Of a stretch of DNA of 64,000 bases, positions 1 through 11,810 are shown one piece after another; within the stretch, counting starts at the first letter, position 1; every line of letters begins with the position of its first letter. Position numbers and translations under genes: made by a program. A model generated the notes under the pieces. It was not told the DNA's origin and ran no database searches. It saw only the letters and a program-made list of their open reading frames with translations. Location of the stretch: the NCBI RefSeq assembly GCF_009914755.1, contig NC_060930.1; one strand, 5' to 3'. Origin of the DNA: the human T2T-CHM13v2.0 reference genome, Homo sapiens.

Positions 1-416
1 TGCAAAAGGGGAAAAAAAACATGAATACGACCTCATTCCTTTCTTTAAAAGGATCTCAGTATAGTTAATGAAATAAGACATATTTATATGAAAAGTTGGC
101 ATATATTGCCTGTGCTTTTATGTAAAAGCTGCATTAGTATAAAAAACAGTAAAGATTATAGAAATTCAAAGAATCCATATCACTTTTGATAGGGGTGCTC
201 AAAATTTCATTGCAGTAAAAAAAAGAGGGAATTGAACCTGGACTTAAACAGTTAAGATTCAAGTAAAACTGATTATTTGAGCATCTACTCAACGGGGAGA
301 GTAGGCTTATTCACATATATTCTCTAAATTTATGTCATTTCATTCAAACATTAAAGCATATCATTTACCAATAAAGCCTCAACCATTTACTTCTTCCATA
401 TTTCATATATAGGTAA

Positions 417-771
417 TGATATGGTTTGGCTGTGTCCCCATCCAAATCTCACCTTGAATTGTAATAATCCTCTCACGTCAAGGGCAGGGCCAGCTGGACA
501 TAATTGAATCATGGGGGCACTTTCCCCGATACTGTTCCCATGGTAGTGAATAAGTCTCAAGAGATACGACTGTTTTATAAATGTGAGTTCCCCTGCACAA
601 GCTCTCCTGCCTGTCTCCATGTAAGACCTGGCCTTGCTCCTCCTTGCCTTCTGCCATAATTGTGAGGCCTCTCCAGGCATGTGGAGGTGTGAGTCAATTA
701 AACCTCTTTGCTTTATAAATTACCCAGTCTTGGGTAAGTCTTTATTAGCAGCATGAAAACACACTAATACA
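417..771 (+). mobile_element. THE1 (THE1B/C-like) MaLR solo LTR
   Basis: Starts TGATATGGTTTGGCTGTGTCCCC and ends CTAATACA; perfect 5-bp TSD GGTAA at 412-416 and 772-776. Confidence 0.95.
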
Positions 772-1149
772 GGTAATGAGGTATGCTAGTAGAAATTAAG
801 TTTGTACTGTGTTTGTTTTCCCTATGTCTTGGGAACAGATGTATCAGAAACTCACACACTCACTCGATTGGGGAGAAACGTGGGGATTCTCTCTACAAAG
901 AGCACAATCACTGAAAGTAGTCTGCTTGAAGGATAGTGTCCTATTTCAACTTTGACATGTGATGGCTCCTGAGGGTAGAGCATTGAAAAGAAGGCAAAGG
1001 ATGGTCGAGATACATCCCATTCACCTATTTCCCTGTCTCAAGTAAATGTATATCCTGGGAAGGACAGACAGACATGTAATAGGGAGAAGTGAGGTGGCTG
1101 GCTACATTCAGTTCAGTAATTGAATATAGATACAGGTATTGGTTCTGAA

Positions 1150-1980
1150 GTTTTTTTAACATGGTAAAATATATATATAATCTACCTTTTTAGTCATTTG
1201 TAGTTGCACAGTTCAGCTACATTAAGCATATTCACATTGTTGTCCAACCAACACCACCATCCAACTCCAGAAATTTTTAATTTTCCCAAACTAAAACTCC
1301 ATACCCATTAAACACTCACTTCCTGATTCCTACCCCTCTCCAGGCCCTGGTAACTGCTATTCTATTTTCTGTCTCTAGGAATTTGACTACTCGAGTATCT
1401 CATAAAAGTGGAATCATACGATATTTCTGTGTGACTGCTTATTTCACTTCGAATATTTTCCGAGTTCTTCCATGTCATAGCATGTATCAAAATTTTATTC
1501 CTTTTTAACGGTGAATAATAATATCAGAAGATGAAAAATGCCTACGGCAGCAAAAAGTAAGCCAAATAGATGTGAAGCCAACAAAGGGCCTCCATGTTAT
1601 ATACATACATACCACATTTTATTTATCCACTTATTCATTGATGGACATTTAGCTACTATGAATTATACTGCTATGAACAGTGATGTACAGATATCTGTTC
1701 AAGTCCCTGCCTTCAGGTTTTGGGGGTATATACCTAGAAATGAAATTGCTGGGTGATCATCTATATTTCAGTTGTGTGGAACCACCATACTGATTTCCAC
1801 AGCGGTTGCACCAGCAAAGTACAAGAATTTCTATTTCTCTACATCCCTGTTGAACTTTTTACTTCCTTTTTTGTTGTTTTGATAATAGTTATCCTAATGG
1901 ATGTGGTACTTCACTGTGGTTTTGACCAGCATTTCCCTAATAATTAGTGATGTTGAGTGTCTTTTACTGAGCTTATTGGC
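1150..1980 (-). mobile_element. L1MB-like LINE-1 3' end
   Basis: Antisense L1M 3'UTR/ORF2-end motifs (aagtggaatcata, ttatttcactt, cctagaaatgaaattgctggg, gcatttccctaataattagtgatgttgag); interrupted by about 70 bp of non-L1 sequence at 1521-1590. Confidence 0.85.
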
Positions 1981-2449
1981 GTGATTATGAAGATTTGAAA
2001 GTTACATTTTATAAACATAGCATCAATCCAGGCAGGCCAAAGATATAACATTTGTGAAAGCAAAAACGAATTGAAAAAACACAAACAGGTGACTTTTCAA
2101 TGCCATTGATCAGCATGCTACATTTAGTACTTAAATACTGAAAAAGAAACTTAAAAATCCAAATATAGAATAAACGGTTAAGTGTATTACGAAGCACTTG
2201 TCACAAAAGAACACTAAGTTATAAAAGTAGGAAGACTGGTAGGTAATACACCAAAATGTTTAAGGTGGTTATTTTTAAGTGTGTTTCATAAGTAAGCTTT
2301 GTTTTATTCTTTACACAGTCTTCATCATTGGCACTCAAGAAATATTTCCTGATTAAGTCACAAATTGATTTTTTTATAATAGTGTGTAATTACGAAATAA
2401 GAAACAAACATATTTGTTTTAAAAGGAAAAATAAAGTAAACTAGTAAAT

Positions 2450-2597
2450 TGGTTCTGCTGTACATTAGAATTGTCTAGGGAGCTTTTAAAATAATATAAA
2501 TGTGTGGTACTTCTCTTCATCAAAGATCAGAATCTTTGGGGGTGGAGGAGCCCAAGCATCTGTAATATTAATACACAAAGAAAGTTGAGAACTACTG
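2450..2597. mobile_element. MER5-like hAT-Charlie DNA transposon fragment
   Basis: tacattagaattgtctagggagcttttaaaa...aagttgagaactactg terminus. Confidence 0.6.
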
Positions 2598-2669
2598 TTG
2601 TGGAAAATAAGAATGAATTAGGCCCTTTGGAAGTGTTCTCTTCATCGTCCGTTGCTGCAGTTGATTAAA

Positions 2670-2785
2670 GATGAACCACTCAACCAGCCTAAATTGTTGA
2701 CCCACAAAACCATGTGCAAACTATAATAGCTGTTTTAATGCTCTAAGTTCTGATGTGGTTACTTACACAACAACAAATTATTAAC
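2670..2785 (+). mobile_element. MLT1 LTR 3' fragment
   Basis: gacccacaaaaccatgtg...tgttttaatgctctaagttctgatgtggttacttacacaaca resembles MLT1 3' ends. Confidence 0.5.
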
Positions 2786-2804
2786 TCACTTAAAATTTTC
2801 CCCA

Positions 2805-2945
2805 ATAAGGGCTTATTGTGTGTTAGGCACAATACAAGTGCGTAACATTCATTATCTCATTAAATTGTCCTAACAAACCAATAAGGAAAATACATTATTT
2901 CAAATGAAAATAGGCTTGGGATGCTTACACAGTTTGCTCTTTAGC
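2805..2945 (-). mobile_element. MIR fragment
   Basis: aggcacaatacaagtgc...attatctcattaaat...aacaaaccaataagg MIR-like core. Confidence 0.55.
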
Positions 2946-3169
2946 ATCCAATTCCAATCACTAATATACTAACATTTGCCTAATATAAATTAGAGGAAAT
3001 TAAGAGAGACAAATTGCAAGATATTGCATTGTAAATACATAATACATACACAAATACACAAAAATTCATTGTAAATAATTCATCAGCATGCTTATTTTTC
3101 AACTAATGTAAACACTCAACATTAGGTAGTCAGTTAGGTATGCCTTTGGCATAACTGAATAATATATAT

Positions 3170-3588
3170 AATATACATTGTACTCATTAGGTAACTTCTC
3201 ATCATTCATCCTACTTCCACCCACTTACCCTGCCAAGTCCATTGTCTATGACTGCACACTCCATGTCCATGTGTACACATTCTTTAGCTCTTACTTATAA
3301 GTGAAAAAATGAGCTATTTGTCTTTCTCTATCTGACTTGTTTCACTTAAGATAATGGCCTCCCGTTCCATTCATGTTGCTGCAAAGTACATGATTCCATG
3401 TTTTTTATGGTTAAATATAATTTTATTGTGTATATCTGCCAGTTTCTTTATCCAATCATTCATTGATGGACACTTAGGTTGATTCCATATCTTTGCTATT
3501 ATGAACAGTGCTGCAATAAACACAAAGTGCAGGTATCTTCTTGATGTAATGATTTTTCCTTTGGGTAGATACCCAGTAGTGGAATTTT
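3170..3588 (-). mobile_element. L1PB-like LINE-1 3' fragment
   Basis: ttagctcttacttataagtga, gatggacacttaggttgattccatatctttgctatt, gggtagatacccagtagtgg. Confidence 0.85.
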
Positions 3589-3599
3589 AAAACTGTAAT

Positions 3600-3720
3600 A
3601 GAAATACAAAAAGCCAAAAAAAAAAAAAAAAAAACCAAGCATTTTAAGATCAAACAAGCAAAAAAAACCAAAAAAAAAAAAAACCCCACAAAATTTCAAG
3701 ATACTTCACCAAAAAAAAAA
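3600..3720 (+). repeat. A-rich low-complexity tract
   Basis: Several poly(A) runs. Confidence 0.8.
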
Positions 3721-4000
3721 ATATATGAAAAGCAAATAGGTAAATGAAAACATGTGCAACATCATTAACCATTAAGAATGTGCAAATTAAAACCATTAAG
3801 ACACCACTACACACCTATTAGAATTGTTAAAAATAAAAAGACTATTTCAAGAATTGGCCAGGATATTGTGCTGCTAATTGGGAATTTAAAATTATATAAC
3901 CACTACAAAAACAGTTTTGCATTTTCATGAAAGGCTAATCATATACCTCATATGGTCTAGCCATTCCACTCTTAGGTATTACCCAAAAGAAATGAAAGTT
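3700..4000 (+). mobile_element. Old L1M fragment (ORF2 C-terminal region)
   Basis: gcaaattaaaacca...cacacctattagaat...ccattccactcttaggtattacccaaaagaaatgaaa. Confidence 0.75.
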
Positions 4001-6043
4001 TATTATGAAATATTGAAAAAATGAAAATGCATTTCTAAACAAGCCTTGGGTAAAAGAAGAAATGAAAATGGAAATTAATAAAATTCAAAAGTGAATGAAA
4101 ATGAAGACATAACATAACAAAATTTAGGGGATGCAGCTAAAGCAATATACAAAGAAAATTTTTTGGGACTAAACAGAAAAAAGTTTCCAATTGTCTTCAC
4201 ATTCCACCTTCACAAACAAAAAATGAAGAGCAAATGAAAAGCAAAGCAAGAAGAAAAAAGAAAACAATAACGATCAAGGTGAAAAATCACTGGTTGAGAA
4301 AACAGAACAATAGGAAAAAGACCATGAAACCACAACTTTGTTCTTTTTATTGATCAATAAAAATTATACTGTCTTGTCAGGCTGATCAGGAAATAAAGAG
4401 AAAGGATACAAATTACCAATGTCAGAAACAAGAGAAGTGACAACACTACACATTGTAGAGATACCACAAGGATAAGAGAATATTCTGAGCAATTTTCTAC
4501 CTATAAATTTGGCAACTTAGATGAAATTTTACAATTCCTGTAAAGGCTAAACACAAGGACCTACTAAATTTCAAGCCAGAGAGAAAAGAAAACTTGAATA
4601 GACTTATGTCTATTGAAGAAACTGATACTGCATTAAAAAACCTCAAACGAAGAAAACTTTTAGGCCCAGATGTCTTCACTAATGAAGTCTATCAAACATT
4701 TAAGAAAGAAAAAGAAGCAATTCTACACAAATGCTTGAGAAAAGTGAAGACAAGGCAATACTTCCAATTTATTTTTTTTCAGCCATTATTACTTTGATAC
4801 AAAAACAAGACAAAGATATTGTGAGAAAAGAAAACCGAAAATGAATATTCCTTAAGAACACAGAAATGTTAACAAATAGAATTCAACAATATGTCAAATA
4901 ACGATACATTGTGACTGAATGGGGTTTCACCCAAGAATGCAAGTTTGATTTAACCTTTGAAAATCAAACATAATTTACCATGGTAAGAGAGTGAAAAAGA
5001 GAAATATAATACTCTCATAAGGTTTAAAATAAAAGCATCTGACAAAAATCTGAAGTCTGTCTTATACAGTCCCACAGCAAATTAGGAAAAATAGAGAACT
5101 TTCTCAACCTGATAAAGACCATCTATGAAAATCTACAGTTAACATTACATTTAATGATGAAAGATTGTCTACTTTCCCTCTGAGATTGAGGCCTTAATGT
5201 TAAGTCTTACAACTTCCACTCAACATTATACTGGAGCTGATAGCCAGTGCAATAAGTCAAGAAAAATAAAATGCATAAGATTAGAAAAAAATTAGAAAAT
5301 TCCTATTCTCAAATGACTTGATTGCCTCCATAGAAATTTCTATAGAATCTACAAAAATGTCATTAAAACTAATAAGTAAACTTAACAATTATCTCGGTTA
5401 TAAAGTCAATATACAAAATATCTAAAATTGGAATTAAGAAACACCATTTACAATAGATCAAACATATAAAATACGCAAAAATAAATTTACAAACAGTTTG
5501 TGTGAATTGTACACTGAAAAGTATAAAACATTGCTGAGTGATATTAAAGAAGAAAGACCTAAATAAATGGAGCAATATTTGCTCTGGAATTGGAAGACGT
5601 AACATTATTAAAATGTCATTATTCCCCAAAGTAATCTACAGATTGTCAATCAAAATCTTAGAAGATGGTGATAGAAACTGACAAGCTAATTCTAAGATTC
5701 ATGTGACAATGCAGAGAACCTGAAACAGGCAAAAACATTTTGAAAATGTAGTACAAAATTAAAAGACTAACACCATCTGACTTCGGGTCTCATTGTAAAG
5801 CTACAGAAATCAAGACAATGTGGAATTGACATCAAGATAAATAAATATATCAATGGAACAAAATGAGGGTAAATTCAAAAATATGTTGACCATTGAGCTT
5901 TTGACCAAGTATCAAAGGCAATTTAATTGATAAAGGACGGTCTTTTAAACAAATGGTTCTAGAACAATTGACTATCCATTATAAAAATATGAACTATGGT
6001 CTATATCTTGCATCTCTTGCACCATATATAAAAATGAACTTGA

Positions 6044-6489
6044 TTCACAATAGCAAAGACTTGGAACCAACCCAAATGTCCAACAATGATAGACTGGATT
6101 AAGAAAATGTGACACATATATACCATGGAATACTATGCAGCCATAAAAAATGATGAGTTCATGTCCTTTGTAGGGACATGGATGAAATTGGAAATCATCA
6201 TTCTCAGTAAACTATCACAAGAACGAAAAACCAAACACCGCATATTCTCACTCATAGGTGGGAATTGAACAATGAGATCACATGGACACAGGCAGGGGAA
6301 TATCACACTCTGGGGACTGTTGTGGGGTGGGGGGAGGGGGGAGGGATAGCACTGGGAGATATACCTAATGCTAGATGACGAGTTAGTGGGTGCAGCACAC
6401 CAGCATGGCACATGTATACATATACATATGTAACTAACCTGCACAATGTGCACATGTACCCTAAAACTTAAAGTATAATAAAAAAAAAA
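6044..6489 (+). mobile_element. Young 5'-truncated L1PA (L1PA2-like) nested in the L1M
   Basis: Near-consensus 3'UTR (gctagatgacgagttagtggg; GAG rather than the Ta ACA diagnostic), poly(A), and TSD AAAAATGAACTTGA at 6030-6043 and 6485-6498. Confidence 0.93.
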
Positions 6490-7225
6490 TGAACTTGAAA
6501 TGGATCTCACCAATAAATGTAAAATCTAAAACTGAAAATTTGAAAAACCACTTATAGAAAAAAAACATAAGAGAAAATCTTTATAATCTTTGCTTAGACA
6601 AGAATTTCTTAGATAATAATACAAAAATCTATAAAAATCTATAAAAGACTTCATTTATTTTGACTGTCAAAATAAAAAAATTAAAGACTTCAAATTTAAA
6701 GATTTTTTAAAAAGCCAAATATTGAGAGAATATCTTGCAAATCACATATTTGATATATGATATATTCTTGTATCTAGGATATATATAAAAATTTTCAAAC
6801 TCAGTAAGAAAGCAAACAATCATATTGAAAATACTAAGAAAAAGATTTAAACAAACACTTCATCAAAGAAAATACTTGAGTGGCAAATAAGCATGAAAAG
6901 ATGTGCAACATTTTTAGTCATTAGGGAAACGCAAAATAAAACCACAATGAGATACTACTACAAACCTATCAGAATGTCTAAAATTAAAAAGGCTAATCAT
7001 ACCAAATACTGGTGAAGGTTGGGAATAACTGAAACTCCCATGCACCGCTTCTGGGAACATAAAATGGTAATCAGTTTGGAAAAGATTTTGGTGATTTTTA
7101 CAATTGAGACATAAGCTGATCATATGACTAAGCTATTCTACTCCTAGAAATGAAAGCATATGTCTATTCAATAATTAGTACACAATATTCAGAGTAACTT
7201 TATTTATAACAGTGCAATAGCCAAA

Positions 7226-7372
7226 AATGTGATAAAAACAAATGTCAATCAACAGGTAAATGGGCAAATACTGTGGTAAGTCTACACACCTGTATACAGG
7301 TGTGCAACTTTCTAGTGTGTAGATTTACCACAGTGTTTACCCACTTACCTGATCATTTGTTTTTATCACATT
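7226..7372. repeat. Long inverted repeat (~60-bp arms) with internal 20-bp perfect palindrome
   Basis: 7226-7289 matches the reverse complement of 7315-7372 with four transitions and one small indel block; CACACCTGTATACAGGTGTG at 7285-7304. Confidence 0.92.
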
Positions 7373-7832
7373 AAATATACCAGCAACATGAAAAAATTTT
7401 AAAATAATTATGTTTAATAAAACAGGCCAGAGTAAGGAGTGCATTCTATATTATTCCATGTAAGTACATTCTAGACAATGCAAACTAATCTAGAGTGGCA
7501 GGAAGCAGATTAGCAGCTTCTTGAGGCTGGGAAAGAGTGGGGAAGGTGCCGCAAAGCAGCACAGAGAACTTCTTGGGGAATTTCTGTGTTTACTGTCGTT
7601 ACTGTGGTGATGGTACTGAGGTATACAAAGACACTAAAATTCACAAACATTTATATGCCAGATACATGCAGTTTATTGTATGTTGATTATGCCTCAATAA
7701 ATCCACATGAAAAGAAACGCAAATTAACACAAAATTATTTGTAGGGGTAAAGTAAATGCATTAGAATACAGGTAGACAAGGAGATACTGGAAATCTTGAA
7801 CAGTATCAGTAATGCTTTGCTAAGCACTGGCA

Positions 7833-7869
7833 CAGGGGGTCCACAGGTGCGCAGGGGGTCCACAGGTGC
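7833..7869 (+). repeat. 19-bp-period tandem duplication
   Basis: CAGGGGGTCCACAGGTGC at 7833-7850 and 7852-7869. Confidence 0.9.
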
Positions 7870-10713
7870 TCAGTTCATAATTCTGCTTCACAACTTGCAC
7901 ACACACTATAAACTCTAGTATATATAAAATAGTAAAAATATTGATCCTTATATACAATTAAAATGGCCTCTATTTCACAATGACAAATATGTGTGTATAT
8001 GTGTACGTATCTATGTGTAAGTGTATATGTGTACATGTATATGTACTGGAATGTGTATCGGCATGAAGGGGAAGAATAAAAATAAAAATAAAATGACAAA
8101 AATGTCTCACATGAACCAATGGCAATATTGTGTCCTAAACTAGTGAGTATGACTAATTCAACTTTTGCATCTGATGTAAAACAAAACAAAACAAAATTAC
8201 TACTGTTGCTTTAATCCACTGGGTGATTTCCCAGTAATTTAATTTAAAAAAACTGGCATTAAGAACTAAGCAGAACGAGGATATTTTAATTTGGAAAAAA
8301 AAATCCATAAATACACAAGTAATAACATTATTTTAAAATTAAATGACTGATTTCAGAAGGAAATGTTTTCAACAACTTTATTAGTGCCAGCCAAATAATG
8401 GGTTAGCTAGAGCCCTCATGCCACAGCTCCTGGAAGACTTCAGGCTCTCAATTTAAGCTCTTTGAATGTAAAGAGAGCCAGACAAACAGCTTTTCTTCTC
8501 TAACACTCCATTTGGCTGGTTAACACAAGTTATCGATTCTGGGATTTAGGGTTGCCAAATGCTTTCTTAAGAGCTCTGTGCTATTGACTATCTTCGTTTC
8601 CTCTGCACTTCTTTTCTTAGTCTTGGGTAAAATTTAAAACTCTTTGTACCATTTTTCAACTCATCTCGACGGAAACAGCCTCAATTTACTATAAAAATGT
8701 CAATGGCTCACTAGTGACCTAACCTCAAAGGATTGGGAACGCTGCCTCAGACATCTCTTTTCTATGTTCCCAGGGTCTACAGAGGCTCTACCACAACAAG
8801 ATGGGGAAGCCCAGTCTGTAATCCAGCAGGACAGTGGAATGCTACTGGTGAGACCTACAAACTAAGTCTGCAGCACAGTCCTGCAGCTTCCCCGAAAGCT
8901 CAGCCCAACAAGCTTCCTGAATTTCACATTCATTTTACACAACATACATGTTAGTAGATATTTTTAACGTACATATGTCTATTTAGGGGAAATTATTAGC
9001 ATCATTATTGCCAACTTACAAGTTATTATTTTGCAAGTTTTATGCCCTTTAGAAGTGACTTTGTAACAGTTTAAAATATTATTTTCTTTAGGTAAAGAGT
9101 CATATTTGAAAAAGAATAAGTCAAACAAATTGTATACATTTTATAAATTTGTTGAAAACCTTATTCTTAGAGACTGTAAAGCAATGGAGATCTTTGCAAA
9201 CATCCGTGGTCATGTCTAATGGTGACGGCACACATAATAGCCAATCAGAGCTCAGTAAAACATAAGCCAGCAAATCAGAGGCCGCTCATAGAAGGAGTCC
9301 AAATTCCTTTACTGCAGGATGAATAACTTGTAAAATCCAAACATTCACATTCTAATCCTCTGAATGAATGCTGAGTAGGGAGGAGACGAAGCTTAGAAGC
9401 AAAAGGAAGCTTGCATCCTTTGATGTCCTCTATTGTTGAAGTTACAACAAATTAAGACAAAAATAATAGTTATGTTAGAAGACAAATTAAATACACGAAT
9501 CATAAAGTAGAAAGAATTTTTGAAGAAATGATATTCAGCGTTCCCAGGGATTATAAGTCAGGCAAAATTAAGTCATGCAGCATTTTAATGTAAATATTTT
9601 GCATGATACATTTACCCACAGGCTTATCCTAAAGCAGTATGTTTGCACTTTTATCATTTGCCTTAGGATGAAAAAAAATCAATGAATTTAAGAGTTTTAA
9701 ACCTCTTTAATATTTGCACAATATTAGATGTGCTATAATCTCATATAAAACTACCTCCTAGAGAGCTTTTGAGAATTGCTTTTGCCTGGGGTCTCTGGTA
9801 CTAATACTTCAAGAGATTAGAAACATCTTACTTAAGAAGAGTTTTCTTTTTGCCCATTAAAATCAAACAAGCTTTGTTAAACACTGAGGCAGAAGAGATT
9901 CATAAATCAATGATACTCCCCTGAACTGCCCAAGGTTTGCATCATAGATTAAAAACCAATCTCAGAATTGAAAAAGCTACAGTGCCACATATCTGTCACA
10001 ACACTAATTTACTGAACTTAGGAAGAAAATAACATTAGCATAGATTTAAATAGTTTTCTATGCAATATGCAATGAATCAATGTACTGACTTGCTTGGGGT
10101 TTATGAAAACAACAACTGACAATGAATATCATCCTAAGTAAAGAGAGGAGTTATGGTTTAAAATCATGTGACTACACAATTCCTACATTTTTTTAAAGAA
10201 TAATTTACATCAAAATTTTTCTCTAACTCTACCCTATTATCACAGATTCTTTTCCTTGCATTCTTTTCAATACTATTTGTCTGCTATGAATAATATTTCC
10301 ATGTTTAAAGCATTCTATTATTTTATGACCTAACAAACTCCAGGATTTAAACAATGCTCATCTAACAGGAAATACCGCCCTTCCAATCTAACCTTCATAT
10401 GCTTTCGTTTTCTTCCTTTTCTTCTCTCTGAACATGGAAAATGAGTGCCATTTCTATGCTGAATATTGATCAGGAGAGAAAAATATATGAGGTGTGAGTT
10501 ATATTGTGACTACGGTGATTTTCCATCCACTCAGTATTACTTATCGTGTCAATCACTTAATCCTGCAGCATAAGTTCTTTTTTGCTTATGATGGAAAGTT
10601 TTGTTGTGTTTTATTTTTTATTTTTGTTTTTTGAAAAAAGACATGAGCAATCTGATTTTCTTTGGACTTCACAAAATCCAAGAAAGAAGATTTACTGAAA
10701 ATTCATTTCTTAA

Positions 10714-10875
10714 AAAATGTGAGGTCCTTGACAATGGTCTTCTCTACAGTTTCAATGTTAGGTTTTGAAAATGTGAGGTCCTTGACGATGGTTTTCTCTA
10801 CAGTTTCAATGTTAGGTTTTGAAAATGTTAGGTCCTTGACAATGGTTTTCTCTACAGTTTCAATGTTAGGTTTTG
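10714..10875 (+). repeat. Minisatellite, 3 x 54 bp
   Basis: Units start at 10714, 10768 and 10822 (AAAATGTGAGGTCCTTGACAATGGTTTTCTCTACAGTTTCAATGTTAGGTTTTG), with few substitutions. Confidence 0.97.
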
Positions 10876-11235
10876 GTCATCTCTGAGCGTGCATAACATG
10901 AATGGAAAGTTTTTTTCGGAGATCAGACCGTTATGATTTTTGGAAGTGTTTCCTGTCAAGGAGAAGCTCATGGTCTCCAAGGTCTTATCTTTCTACTGGG
11001 TGGATGGGCCAAGGGAACACGAAGAAGCATAATGGAGCTCTGTCTGAGAGAATCACCAGAGTCTTCCCCAGCGTTTCTCAATGGTCTACAAACAGGTCTG
11101 CGGGCTTGGATCACAGACGGAGATCCAAGATGGGCATGGGCATTTACGTGGGCAGGGCAAGCGACGCTGGCCACACTGCAAGGCCCTCAACGTTCCCACG
11201 TGAAAAAAGAAATTGTTCCTCAAACAGCACCACTA

Positions 11236-11575
11236 GGTCGGGTGCGGTGGCTGACGCGTGGAATCCCAGCATTTTGAGAGGCCAAGGCAGGCGGGTCACA
11301 AAGTCAAGAGATCAAGACCAGGCGGGTCACAAAGTCAAGAGATCAAGACCATCCTGGCCAACATGGTGATACCCCGTCTCTACTAAAAATACAAAAAGTT
11401 AATGGGCATGGTGGTGCACACCTGTAGTCCTAGCTACTCAGGAGGCTGAGGCAGGAGAATCACTTGAACCCAGGAGACAGGAGACGGAGGCTGCAGCGAG
11501 CCGAGATCGCACCACTGCACTGCAGCCTGGCAACAGAGTGAGATTCCGTCTCAAAAAAACGAACAAACAAAAAAC
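11236..11575 (+). mobile_element. AluSc-like with internal 31-bp duplication
   Basis: Dimeric Alu with Sc-type gtcaagagatc and gcctggcaacagag; 11288-11318 is repeated at 11319-11349. Confidence 0.92.
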
Positions 11576-11644
11576 AGCAAAACAAGCACACGTGAGAAGC
11601 CCTGCTTGTTCTGTGAACACAGTCATTTCTGCCTTTCCTTCACA

Positions 11645-11810
11645 GTAATTCAAAAGCATTTACTGAACAACGAATGTGTATTAGAACTTACAAAGATGGG
11701 TGAATAAGAAACAGCTCCTTCCTTCAAAGGTCTCCCTATCTACGGGAGAAAAGAGACCGGTAAATAAAGGGCCGTGCAGACGTATCTTATAAGTGCTGAG
11801 CTAGCAGCAG
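11645..11810 (-). mobile_element. L2 fragment
   Basis: attcaaaagcatttactgaac...gtgaataagaaacagctccttccttcaaagg resembles an antisense L2 3' end. Confidence 0.55.

Larger units (their letters stand above)
4010..7710 (+). mobile_element. Old L1M (L1MB/MC/MD-like) ORF2 through 3'UTR, degenerate
   Basis: Colinear ORF2 relic; ORF 4594-4797 ('GPDVFTNEVYQTFK') resembles the L1 ORF2 GPDGFT.EFYQTFK motif; ends ttatgcctcaataaa near 7700. Confidence 0.9.

Noticed and set aside
10714-10875. Repeat array as a CRISPR-like locus or an 18-aa repeat protein
   Set aside because: Units are head-to-tail with no spacers in primate DNA; the ORF starts at TTG and has no coding support.
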